A stretch of DNA of 64,000 nucleotides, taken from the NCBI GenBank assembly GCA_965242965.1, contig OZ251518.1:3520001-3584000 (forward strand), in the 5' to 3' direction. Positions within the stretch are counted from its first letter, which is position 1. The number at the start of each line of letters is the position of its first letter. This document shows positions 53,513 through 63,508 of this stretch, piece by piece. The translations under genes were made by a program, and so were the position numbers. Under the pieces are notes generated by a model. The model saw only the letters and a program-made list of their open reading frames with translations. It was not told where the DNA came from and did no database searches. The stretch is from Candidatus Poribacteria bacterium (GTDB taxonomy: Bacteria > Poribacteria > WGA-4E > WGA-3G).

Positions 53513-54478
53513 TCAATACCACGCCGCCTTATTGACGACATTCTGCAACGGCTCACCTGCGGCGAACCGACGCGCGTTCTCTAAAAACACCTCAAACCGA
53601 CGCGCCGGGATGTTCGCCGCATCTTTCACGGCGATGTGCGGCGTGAGCAACACGTTCGGTAACTGCCACAGCGGACTCTCCGCCGGCAACGGCTCGATTT
53701 CAAACACGTCTAACCCGCACCCGGCGATGTTACCCTGCTGGAGAGCCGCAACCAGATCGGCGAGAATCATCGTCTTGCCGCGCCCGATGTTGATGAAATA
53801 GGCGGTGCGTTTCATTAACGCGAAGCGTTCTTTATTCCACATCCCCTCCGTTTCAGGCGTGTGCGGCGTGGTGGCGATGACAAAATCGGCACGCGGGAGG
53901 AGCTGACTCAGCTCCTGCGGCGGATGTTTCTCAACCGAAGGGACATCGTATTCCCACCTCGGGTCGGTGCCGATAACCTTCATGCCGAATGCGTTACAAA
54001 GCCGCGCCGTTTCCTGTCCGATGCCTCCAACACCGACAATCAACGCTGTCGCCTGCACCAGATCGATGTATCCGTGTTTTCGGGCATCTTTGTCCCAAAT
54101 TCGTTCGCGCTGCGCGTCCATATAGTAGGGCAAGCCGCGCGAAAGTGCCAGCACGAACATCATGATGTGCTGCGCGATGTGATCATTGTAGATACCGCGC
54201 GGGTTACAGACAACGACAGGGTGTTCGATCAATGCCGGGTAGTAGAAACCGGGAGAGGGCCCTGCGGCGGGACTCTGTAGCCAACGCAGGTTTTCGGCTA
54301 ACGGCAGTTGTTCCGGTGATACCCAGCCGTAGACAGCATCTGCATTGGGGAGGTGGGTCTGGACTTCGTCGTCTGTCCTCGGCAAGACGATGTCGTAAGT
54401 TGGCAATTCAGTTTGAATGCGGTGTGCCCAGTCCTGCGATTCTGCATTTTGGGGCGGCATGATGATTAATTTTGGCAT
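53513..54478 (-). CDS. D-2-hydroxyacid dehydrogenase
   Basis: GVGGIG, INIGRG, LDVFEIEPLP, TPHIA motifs. Confidence 0.92.
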   Translation of the reverse strand: MPKLIIMPPQNAESQDWAHRIQTELPTYDIVLPRTDDEVQTHLPNADAVYGWVSPEQLPLAENLRWLQSPAAGPSPGFYYPALIEHPVVVCNPRGIYNDHIAQHIMMFVLALSRGLPYYMDAQRERIWDKDARKHGYIDLVQATALIVGVGGIGQETARLCNAFGMKVIGTDPRWEYDVPSVEKHPPQELSQLLPRADFVIATTPHTPETEGMWNKERFALMKRTAYFINIGRGKTMILADLVAALQQGNIAGCGLDVFEIEPLPAESPLWQLPNVLLTPHIAVKDAANIPARRFEVFLENARRFAAGEPLQNVVNKAAWY

Positions 54479-54502
54479 GAGGGTTGCTCCTGTTTAACAA
54501 CA

Positions 54503-55165
54503 GTAGGAGAGACCTCCCGGTCTCGATTTCTTCGGGTAGGAGAGACCTCCCGGTCTCGATGTTCCCGTAGCGCGTGGGCCCTCGGATGCCACACGCGCAT
54601 CCGAGCGGGTTTCCCCCGCGATGGCTCAAGAACCGTTTTTTTTTCGTAGCGCGGGGGCCTGTCCCCCGCGATCTCCATCGACAAGAGATGACGTTTTAGG
54701 TCCTTTAGGACCTACATGTCTATAGAAACACGTGCCGGTCCCACGGCAAGGTCCTTTAGGTCCTTAATAAAAAACGCGCCGCATGGCAAAGCCTATTAAG
54801 GACCTAAAGGACCTTAGCATTCTTCGCGTCTGTGCGTGCTATAGACATTCAGGTCCTACAGACCTGAAGAGAACAAGAGACGTTTTTTCCGTAGCGTGAA
54901 CGATGGCGAGGGACAGGCCCTCGCCCTACGATGAAGGGGGACCTTCTGCCGCCGCGGCTCTGGTAGGCGCGCTGCCCTATTGCATCGAGACCAGGAGGTC
55001 TCGCCTACCGGGGAAACGGAAGCGTTTGAGGTTTCACGAAACCATTTTTGACAACAACGAGTTATGAAACACCCTCATTTAACGCTCGCGGGGGACAGGC
55101 CCCCGCGCTACGGTATCATTGAGAGATGCTTGTGGGGGACAGGCCCCCGCGCTACGGTATCATTG
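54503..55165. repeat. Modular REP cluster
   Basis: All modules; TTATGAAACACCCTCA at 55062-55077. Confidence 0.85.
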
Positions 55166-55283
55166 CACTGCATATTTTATCATGATTTCATAAGAAAGTC
55201 AAACGTTATATTGACATTATCTTTCGCGATGTGATACAATACATTAGCGACGCTGTCCCAGTAAGACCACTTAATAGGAGGAA

Positions 55284-56897
55284 ATGATGCGAACGTTTGA
55301 AACCCGAGGCCCTGTGAATCCCGAAAAGAATTACGTTGTTCGCCGAGAAGGAGAGTTGGCGGATTTCATCTGGCGCGTGAAAGAGGGCCGCTATATCGTC
55401 ATTTTCGCGCCGCGGCAGACAGGCAAGACGACCTTTTTCCGCGCCGCTCTCCAAACTCTCGCAGCGGAAGAACCTACCTATTTTCCGATCGAACTGAATT
55501 TCCAGGTGTATAAAAACGTCGCGCCGGATGCATTCTACGGCCGCGTTTACAGAAAGATTCGTCAGGAAATTGAGGGCGTTTTCCACCAGCGCGGGCAGCC
55601 GCTGTCTGATGCGCTAAGTCAATTTTTGGGGAACGGCTCGGTGCATGATCATCTTTCGCTGCTAGACTTCTTTGAGAACCTCGGAGGCCTCCTAGCACCG
55701 CATCGGGTTGTGCTCATCATTGACGAGTTTGATGGCATCCCATCCGCCGCCGTGAGCGATTTTCTGTATGCACTCCGTGACATCTATCACTCCAAGGCGG
55801 CTACTTCCTGTCCCTATAGCGTGGGCATTGTTGGGGTCAAAAACATTACGCAATTGAACTATGACAGGTCCATTTCGCCGTTCAATGTCCAAGATGAGTT
55901 TGGTTTGCCGAACTTCACGGTTGCACAGGTGGCGGAGCTCTTTGGACAATATACGTCAGAAGTCTGGCAGTCGTTCGCGCCAGAGGTTATTCAGACACTG
56001 CATCGGCAGACAGGTGGCCAACCGTTCCTTGTCAATCGACTTGCGCAAATGCTCACGGAGGAAATGGATATTCCAAATTCGGAGCCAATTGCGATGACGC
56101 ACTTCGCATCCGCACATCGGCAACTCCTTGAAGAAAGGAACGTCAACATCACACACCTGACTACCAATATCCGCAGGAATCCGCGCTTTCAACGCCGCCT
56201 GATGCAAATTACCTCCTACGATGAAAGCATCGGCTTCAATCTAGATGACGACATCCTTAGTGAACTTGCCACCTACGGTGTCATCGTGAGAGGCGAGGAC
56301 GGTATGTGTGAGATTGCCAACCCGATTTATCTCTACCGTATCCTACAAACGTTCCAACCGCTAATAAACGGACTTGAGGAAGAATACTACCCGCAAGACA
56401 CAGGCAACGGGTATCGCGATTATCTCACGCCGGCGGGACAGATTCATATAGTCGGGCTGCTGGATAATTTCCGAGATTTCATTGCGCGCGCGGGGTTCCG
56501 CATCCTAGCAGTGCCGGAAACACCACGAGAATACGTTGGACAGTGCCTCTTGTTTGCCTATCTGGACCAGTTTGTTCGGCAGGTGCGCGGCACTATGCAT
56601 CTAGAAGTGCAGACCGGGCGCGGCCGGGCAGATCTCGTCATTTTCCATCAAGGACAAAAACATATCGTGGAGACTAAACTCTGGCAAGGCGAAAAGAGTT
56701 ATCAAGTTGGTAAAGCGCAACTGTTCGCCTATCTCAAATTGGAAGCCGCGATGGAAGGCTACTATGTCGTCTTCGACCATCGCAGGCATCCTGTGCCGCG
56801 CGTGGAGACAGAGACGTTGGATGGGGTGACGCTTCGGAGTTACGTTATTCCGGTGGTGCAGGAGATGCCTTCTAGCGCGAGAATTGAAAACGCATAA
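55284..56897 (+). CDS. AAA-like ATPase with C-terminal PD-(D/E)XK-like nuclease domain
   Basis: Walker A APRQTGKTT, Walker B LIIDEFD, GQPFLVN; C-terminal GRADLVI...VETK...QLFAYL; AGGAGG RBS; promoter TTGACA-18bp-TACAAT at 55211-55240. Confidence 0.82.
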   Translation: MMRTFETRGPVNPEKNYVVRREGELADFIWRVKEGRYIVIFAPRQTGKTTFFRAALQTLAAEEPTYFPIELNFQVYKNVAPDAFYGRVYRKIRQEIEGVFHQRGQPLSDALSQFLGNGSVHDHLSLLDFFENLGGLLAPHRVVLIIDEFDGIPSAAVSDFLYALRDIYHSKAATSCPYSVGIVGVKNITQLNYDRSISPFNVQDEFGLPNFTVAQVAELFGQYTSEVWQSFAPEVIQTLHRQTGGQPFLVNRLAQMLTEEMDIPNSEPIAMTHFASAHRQLLEERNVNITHLTTNIRRNPRFQRRLMQITSYDESIGFNLDDDILSELATYGVIVRGEDGMCEIANPIYLYRILQTFQPLINGLEEEYYPQDTGNGYRDYLTPAGQIHIVGLLDNFRDFIARAGFRILAVPETPREYVGQCLLFAYLDQFVRQVRGTMHLEVQTGRGRADLVIFHQGQKHIVETKLWQGEKSYQVGKAQLFAYLKLEAAMEGYYVVFDHRRHPVPRVETETLDGVTLRSYVIPVVQEMPSSARIENA

Positions 56898-56914
56898 GCC
56901 TGGCGCGATACGCT

Positions 56915-57270
56915 CCCCGGTAGGAGAGTCCTCCCAGTCTTGATGCAATAGGGCGGCGCGCCTACCGGGGCCGCGGCAGCAGAAGGTCCCCCTTCATCGT
57001 AGGACGAGGGACAGGCCCTCGCCAGCGTCCGCGGAATCCAACGCGCGCGGGGGACAGGCCCCCGCACTACGAAAAAAACGTCTCTTAGGTCCGTAGGACC
57101 TTAATGTCTATAGCACGCGCGCCCGCGAAGAAGCCTAAGGTCCTTTAGGTCCTTAATAGGTTTTGCCAGGGCCGCGCGTTTTGTTATTAAGGACCTAAAG
57201 GACCTTGAAAACGGGCCGACACGTGCTGCTATAGACATGTAGGTCCTAAAGGACCTAAAACGTCCTCTTG
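56915..57270. repeat. Modular REP cluster
   Basis: Same modules; closely similar to 3305-3645. Confidence 0.8.
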
Positions 57271-57476
57271 GGGAGTGCATGCTAAATCCATCGCCGGCTC
57301 GCGGGCGCACTTCTACTGCGCGTGGTCCTGTTTTCGCGAAAATGGAATTCCCTCACATTTTTAAGTTGACATTTTAACAGAAAATGTGATAAAATACCAT
57401 AAATGGCAAAGAGGAAACCGGTTGACTCACCGTAGGTTGCTTGGTTTCCATTTTTCTTCAAAGGAGGTGAAAACTT

Positions 57477-58196
57477 GTGAGTGTGGATACGATATTCCCC
57501 AAACTATTTGAACTGCTACCAGATGCAGGTCATTTATTAAGTCTTCAACCGGAGGAACTTGCCGGACCGCTTTTAATCTCTTTAGATGGCAGCGATTACA
57601 TAGAGCCGTTTGCGATTATATCCTTCGATCTTATCCAGAAATACCCGGCTAAGCATGAACAGGACATTCTCTTTGCGCTCATGGAAGCTTGGCAGTGGTT
57701 GGAACGTGAAGGGTTTGTTGCGCCTAGACCGAACGGATCTTCCACCAGGTCCTACTTCGTTACCAGACGCGGCAAGGCCATTGAGACCACCGAGGCTTTA
57801 GAGGTTTATCGCAAGGGAAACCTGTTGCCTAAACGTCAACTTCACCCTACAATCGCTCAAAAGGTATGGTCGCTGTTTTTACGGGGTGACTATGATATTG
57901 CTGTTCTTCAAGCCTTTAAAGAGGTTGAGGTTGCTGTCCGCGAAGCATGCGGATATGCAGACACGGAGTTAGGGGTTAGTTTAATGCGTAAAGCGTTTGG
58001 CGACAAAGGCCCTTTGACAGACCTTAAGCAGCCGCCTGCAGAACGGGAGGCGAGAGCGCATCTATTTGCTGGCGCGATTGGGGCATATAAGAATCCCGGT
58101 AGTCACCGAGATGTTGACCCTACAGCGGAAGAGGCGGCTGAAGTTATAATTTTCGCAAGCCATCTTCTTCGGATTGTTGATTCGCGCAGAGAATAG
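57477..58196 (+). CDS. TIGR02391 (Ymh-like) family protein
   Basis: EAWQWLEREG, LHP.I, AFKEVEVAVR, GVSLMRKAF, LFAGAIGAYKNPGSHR motifs; AAGGAGG RBS. Confidence 0.8.
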   Translation: MSVDTIFPKLFELLPDAGHLLSLQPEELAGPLLISLDGSDYIEPFAIISFDLIQKYPAKHEQDILFALMEAWQWLEREGFVAPRPNGSSTRSYFVTRRGKAIETTEALEVYRKGNLLPKRQLHPTIAQKVWSLFLRGDYDIAVLQAFKEVEVAVREACGYADTELGVSLMRKAFGDKGPLTDLKQPPAEREARAHLFAGAIGAYKNPGSHRDVDPTAEEAAEVIIFASHLLRIVDSRRE

Positions 58197-58745
58197 GTTT
58201 CGCGGACTGAAAAGTCGGGACTGGGACGTGCCTACTACAAGATAAGGGTTGGCAGCAACCCAAATCTGTTCCACATTTCTTAATGGATAACAGATTTCGC
58301 GAAAATTGCATCCCTTCACATTTTTTACTGGACATTTTAACAGGAAATGTGGTATAATTCGCTAAAGTTTGGCAGTTGATGCCGCACTCCACACTCGGCG
58401 CGCCGTTTTCGAGGTGTCTCTCGCGCAAAGATGGTTGACGCAAGTTGTGGATTTTCGATAAAATATGAGTGCAGATGACATATCAACGAAAAACAGCATT
58501 AGTTTTTTCTTGCTATTTTTCGCGCGTTTATGATATGCTATCTGATACGTTATCAATTACGTGTGTTCGTGGCGGCCGCGTCGATAGGCGGTACTCGGAC
58601 ACTACCGATACGGATGAACTCGCACACAACGACGGAGGCAGTCAATTTGCAGACGAAATCCGTGGCATGCGGTGCTGCAACTCCTGAAGAGTTTGTTCGT
58701 GAGACAGACTATTTTTCACGTAATCTGGAAGCCGCAGGAACTGAT

Positions 58746-61346
58746 ATGACACCTGAAGGAATAGTGGTCGAGGAAGTGGTTAACTACTTCTCCGAGACGA
58801 AGTTCCAAAAGTTCTCGATCGAGACAGAATATCCGATTCAGATGGGCTCTGATAACCGGAGAGCCGATGTTGTGCTTATAGATAGCGCGGATAACGCGGA
58901 TAACCTCGTCGCCATTGCTGAATGCAAGCGGGTCGGGGTGGAAGGGCAGGGACTGGATCAGTTAAGGTCTTACCTCAGCGCAACGGATACGCGTTTCGGG
59001 ATATTCGCCAATAGCACATATCCTGCTGCTTGGGATTTTTACGAGAACTTGGGGCGGAATCAGGTTAGCCTTATGACGCGCTCTGAGTTTGAGGAGCGAG
59101 TCGTTAACGGTGAAAATAACCGTGCTCAACCAGATCCGCAATCGGTTCGTTCCGGTTCAACTAAACATTTTGTCAATAAGGGAGGGACTATGAAAATTCG
59201 ACCGACCCTGTATGTCGGCCTTGGGACAACAGGGACAAAAATTCTCAATCATCTCCGAGATCTCAATCATCAAGAATACGGTCAAGCAGGGCTTCCCATT
59301 TTCAGATATATCTCAATTGAAACGGATGGTAGCAAGGATGGGAAAGTATCCTCAATTGACGATGATGGCATCCGCATTGAGTATGATAAAGATGGTGTAC
59401 CCGTAACCGTTGAGTCCGAACTTCGCCCGACTCCTTACGAAGTTAATCACGTGATCCATACACCTATTCCCAATCCAGAATCCATTCATGAGAGGATAAA
59501 TCCGAAGAGTTCAGTGTATGACAAGCACCTCGCCGAATGGTTGGACGCAAATATATTGAACCTTGATGCTGTGCGCCGACCTGGCGGTGCTGGCAACATC
59601 CGGATGGTAGGCCGACTCTCACTCTGGGAAAATTGGAATCAAGGGAACCTCGTGTATCAACGTTTCAGGACAGCCTATGATGCTATTTGGGAAGCAGACA
59701 ATAAGCAACAAGCGAGTACCTTCCTAGAACGTCATTTTGGAGCGGAAGTTACCGTTGATGAAAAAAACCGCAATGTCTTTATCGTCGGTACTCTATGCGG
59801 TGGAACATGTAGCGGAATGCTCGTTGATATTGCTTACTATTTCCGGCAGATTGCAAAAGAAGCTTCAACGATTAATACCTACGTTTACGGACTTTTTACG
59901 ATGCACGACGAAGCACTCGCGTCAGGGGGTGACTCTGCAGTCTTGTTAGCGAACTGTTATGCTAGCCTCGTTGAGTTGGATTACTATAAACGTGATGCAA
60001 CTGAGTATCGTATCACTCTTCCTGGTGGGACTGACTTCCGCACCAAAAATTCCCCATTTGATATTGCTACTTTTCTTTCAGCAACCAATATGGCCGGTGA
60101 AAGATTTGTCGATCCAAATGGCTTATTCGTTCAAGATGAACTTGATCGGATGGTAGCCGCGGACTTGTTTGTTCGAACTCTCGGAATGGATGCCCTCATT
60201 GACGCTGATCTCGTTAATGCGACTGCCGCTTCAGATCTCCAGTTTGAAGCTTTAAGGAACGTAGGTGGCGAAACAGAAAAAGGCTCTTTCGTGCAGTACA
60301 TGTTTAGTTCTGGTTTGAAAAAAGTCTGGTTGCCTAAGGAGAAAATTGTTAGGTTGGCTGCGACGGAATTCATTAAACACCGTCGCTCGGAATGGAGAGA
60401 AAGTCAGCCTGCAACTTCATCCGATTCCGCCGTGTTGGTTCAGGACATTTTAAGAGGCATCAGGCGGAGTCTCAATAAAACGCTGACTGAGCCGCTTACG
60501 CCGTTAACGAACAATCTTGATGGCATCAACTCGGATAACTATCTGCCTGAAGCTCAGAGATGCTTAACGGCTTTTATCAATGGGGGTGAACGCTACAACC
60601 TCGTTAATGGAAATAGACTTGATTCCTTGACACAAGCTGTTGGAATCCTTAAAGATGCGGTCCGCAGTTTTGAAGGCACATCCCAGATGTTTCCTAAGAA
60701 GGTTTATCTCACGCGAATTGAGGAACTTCTGCAAGCCGAATTGAGGGATTCCAAATACCCGGATAACCTTGATTCGCGGGACGACATTCTAATATTTATC
60801 ACTGAAGCGGAGAACAGTGCCGAGCAAAAATCCAGGTTTGGCCGAGACACGTTCAATCTGCCAGGTTTCAAGGGGGCAATCTTGCAACAACAAGAGGAGT
60901 TGAACACGCGATTGATTAACTTCTTTGTTAAGGGTATTCTGAATGACCTGCGGAGCGAAGTGCGAAAATGGCTCCAGAGTCTGGAAAGGGAAATAAACGA
61001 GATTGAATCAAAATTCAACTCGGTTATTTGGGTCTTTGACGACCCGTCCGAAATTGAAAAGCAGGCAGCGGATGACTTTGTTTCAGAAATTCTTCAACGT
61101 GAGTCTAGCACTCCAAGTGTTGAGGAACTGATTCGCGTATTGCGCAAGACAGAAGCTGCTGGTCTTCATTGGCACATACGGAATGAGTTGAGACCTGCTT
61201 TTAACGGTATCGCGCCAGATCTAATGCTAGAATTTGACGAAGAAGCTGTCAGACGTTCTCGTCCCTATCAGACTTTTACGCCTAACTACATGGAAAACTA
61301 TAGGCTAAGGTTTGAACGGAGCGGCGGCGAGATTCGGCTATTTTGA
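58746..61346 (+). CDS. HsdR-N-like nuclease domain fused to a tubulin/FtsZ-like (Tubulin_2) domain
   Basis: EYPIQMG...RADVV...AECK...DQLRSYL, then VGLGTTG, GAGNIRMVGRL, GTLCGGTCSG, ANCYASLVEL. Confidence 0.75.
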   Translation: MTPEGIVVEEVVNYFSETKFQKFSIETEYPIQMGSDNRRADVVLIDSADNADNLVAIAECKRVGVEGQGLDQLRSYLSATDTRFGIFANSTYPAAWDFYENLGRNQVSLMTRSEFEERVVNGENNRAQPDPQSVRSGSTKHFVNKGGTMKIRPTLYVGLGTTGTKILNHLRDLNHQEYGQAGLPIFRYISIETDGSKDGKVSSIDDDGIRIEYDKDGVPVTVESELRPTPYEVNHVIHTPIPNPESIHERINPKSSVYDKHLAEWLDANILNLDAVRRPGGAGNIRMVGRLSLWENWNQGNLVYQRFRTAYDAIWEADNKQQASTFLERHFGAEVTVDEKNRNVFIVGTLCGGTCSGMLVDIAYYFRQIAKEASTINTYVYGLFTMHDEALASGGDSAVLLANCYASLVELDYYKRDATEYRITLPGGTDFRTKNSPFDIATFLSATNMAGERFVDPNGLFVQDELDRMVAADLFVRTLGMDALIDADLVNATAASDLQFEALRNVGGETEKGSFVQYMFSSGLKKVWLPKEKIVRLAATEFIKHRRSEWRESQPATSSDSAVLVQDILRGIRRSLNKTLTEPLTPLTNNLDGINSDNYLPEAQRCLTAFINGGERYNLVNGNRLDSLTQAVGILKDAVRSFEGTSQMFPKKVYLTRIEELLQAELRDSKYPDNLDSRDDILIFITEAENSAEQKSRFGRDTFNLPGFKGAILQQQEELNTRLINFFVKGILNDLRSEVRKWLQSLEREINEIESKFNSVIWVFDDPSEIEKQAADDFVSEILQRESSTPSVEELIRVLRKTEAAGLHWHIRNELRPAFNGIAPDLMLEFDEEAVRRSRPYQTFTPNYMENYRLRFERSGGEIRLF

Positions 61347-62003
61347 TATTTGCACACCAACCAGCACAAATCGGAAGATGCCTCTAGGCTGAGGTCGAGT
61401 GCACAGGTTGACTCCAAAGATTTCCCAATCCGGAATCTCCGCGTCCTTTATCAGATGGAAGCCGGTTATACTCTGGATGACCTTGGGGTAGTTGAACACC
61501 TCAAAACCGAATATGATACCGCTCTGTCAAAATACATAGAGCACGGAGGTTTTCCTATCCATATTCATAAGGATCCGGACGAGTTCAACGTAGATGCAAT
61601 TCACCGGGCCGCAGAAGTTGAGACTCTCTGGAGAGCTATTCGAGAATTACTCGGTTTAATTCGTGAGTCATATCCCGATCGATTCGGGCATGTCTTACTA
61701 CCTAATGGAAGCCTTAACGAAAATAGCGCATTCCCTGTTGGCGAATTGGCAGCTAGAATTCAAGGAAAAAGAATTGCATCGACTTTTATTGATGACAACG
61801 CGGGACACGAGGAATTGGCCCGAAATGCCGAGGCATGTGCTAACTTTGTTAGTGCGACCCGGACCGAGTTTAAAAATCTTCAAGAGGAATCGCCTTCCCT
61901 CAGTGCTCTGATTAACGAGTTCAACGCACAGATTGAGGATAACGTGGCACGTCAAAAGAGCGAACAATTCTATGATGAGCTGCTAAAGTCTCTTGAAAAA
62001 TGA
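61347..62003 (+). CDS. In-frame continuation of the tubulin-like gene after a TGA (C-terminal part)
   Basis: Same frame as 58746-61346; no clear RBS or ATG; LYQMEAGYTL...Y...PIHIHK resembles tubulin-like C-terminal regions. Confidence 0.55.
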   Translation, partial: YLHTNQHKSEDASRLRSSAQVDSKDFPIRNLRVLYQMEAGYTLDDLGVVEHLKTEYDTALSKYIEHGGFPIHIHKDPDEFNVDAIHRAAEVETLWRAIRELLGLIRESYPDRFGHVLLPNGSLNENSAFPVGELAARIQGKRIASTFIDDNAGHEELARNAEACANFVSATRTEFKNLQEESPSLSALINEFNAQIEDNVARQKSEQFYDELLKSLEK

Positions 62004-62113
62004 GTCTAGTCTTCTCGCTGAGCCGCCGAAACGGACACGCCGCAGGACTCTCCTTTCCCTCAATTCGCGAGCGGAAAGGAGAGTCCCCGCGCGGCACCGA
62101 TTGCCGAACCGCC

Positions 62114-63508
62114 ATGGAAACCCCACTCCAAATCGCTTTTGATAAAGGCACCCTCATCCTCCAACACATCCCAGAAGCACTCCAGCCGCACTTGGCAGAA
62201 CTCCGCTGGGACGAGCGCACGCTCACCTATCGCGCACCTGCCTATCGCTATCGACAGATTATCTCGCAACTGCTGGCGCATAACATCCCCTATCAAGATA
62301 ATGCACGCCAGTTTACCGTCGAACCGTTTGTGCTCCAAAAGACGTTGCCTCCCTATCCTTACCAGACCGAGGCAGTTGACGCATGGCACGCCAACGGCAA
62401 GCGCGGCGTGATTAGTCTCCCTACAGGGGCCGGCAAGACCTTCATCGCCGTGATGCTTATCGCCGATACGCAACGTCCCACGCTTGTGCATGTGCCCACC
62501 ATCGATCTGATGCATCAGTGGTATACTGTGCTTCGCGAGTATTTCGGCACCGAGGTGGGGCTTTATGGCGGCGGTTATCACGAATTGGCATCGCTCACCG
62601 TGACGACGTATCAGTCGGCAGTCATGCACGCGCCCCATTACGGCAATCGATTCGGTCTGGCGATTTTTGACGAGTGCCATCACCTCCCCGGTCAGCAGTA
62701 TCAGTATACGGCTATCAGTAGCATCGCGCCGTTTCGGCTAGGTTTAACGGCAACGCCTGAACGGACAGATGGCGGGGAGACCCGGTTGTATTCCCTCGTC
62801 GGCGAGTGTTGTTATGAGGCGAAGGTGCAGGAGCTCTCTGGCAAGACGTTATCGCCGTATCGCGTCGTCACGATTGCGGTTGAGATGGAGGACACGGAGC
62901 GGGTGCGTTATGAGGCGGCGCGCCTCACTTATCTCGATTTCCTCAAGAAGGCGAACATTAATATGGGCGCGGGACGTGGATGGCAGACGTTCCTCTGGAA
63001 ATCGTCTCAAACGGTGGCGGGACGCGAGGCGTTCAAGGCGTATCTAACACAGAAGCAGCTCAGTTTCGCATCGACGAAGAAGCAGGAGTGGGTGTGGAAG
63101 TTAATCCAGCGGCACCGCGGCGACCGGATGCTCATTTTCACACAGGATAATAATACCGCGTATCAACTCGGCGTGCGGTTTTTTCTGCCGGTGCTGACGC
63201 ATCAGACGAAGTTGAAGGAGCGGAACGCCTTTTTGGAGAATTTCCGCAACGGCACGTATTCTATCCTCGTTACGTCGAAAGTGCTCAATGAGGGGGTGGA
63301 TGTGCCGGAGGCGAACGTGGCTATCATCGTATCGGGGAGTGGGAGTGTGCGCGAACATGTGCAGCGGTTGGGACGTATCTTGCGGAAACGTGAGGGGAAG
63401 CAGGCGGTGCTTTACGAACTCATCTCCAAGGAAACGGGTGAACATTTTGTGAATAAACGGCGGCGGCGACATCATGCTTACGAAGGACCTGGTTCGGTAT
63501 CACATTGA
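62114..63508 (+). CDS. XPB/Rad25-like SF2 helicase
   Basis: YQTEA, LPTGAGKT, DECHH, GLTATP, LNEGVDVP, QRLGRILR motifs. Confidence 0.9.
   Translation: METPLQIAFDKGTLILQHIPEALQPHLAELRWDERTLTYRAPAYRYRQIISQLLAHNIPYQDNARQFTVEPFVLQKTLPPYPYQTEAVDAWHANGKRGVISLPTGAGKTFIAVMLIADTQRPTLVHVPTIDLMHQWYTVLREYFGTEVGLYGGGYHELASLTVTTYQSAVMHAPHYGNRFGLAIFDECHHLPGQQYQYTAISSIAPFRLGLTATPERTDGGETRLYSLVGECCYEAKVQELSGKTLSPYRVVTIAVEMEDTERVRYEAARLTYLDFLKKANINMGAGRGWQTFLWKSSQTVAGREAFKAYLTQKQLSFASTKKQEWVWKLIQRHRGDRMLIFTQDNNTAYQLGVRFFLPVLTHQTKLKERNAFLENFRNGTYSILVTSKVLNEGVDVPEANVAIIVSGSGSVREHVQRLGRILRKREGKQAVLYELISKETGEHFVNKRRRRHHAYEGPGSVSH

Noticed and set aside
61344-61346. Selenocysteine codon
   Set aside because: No redox motif context and no convincing SECIS hairpin immediately downstream.
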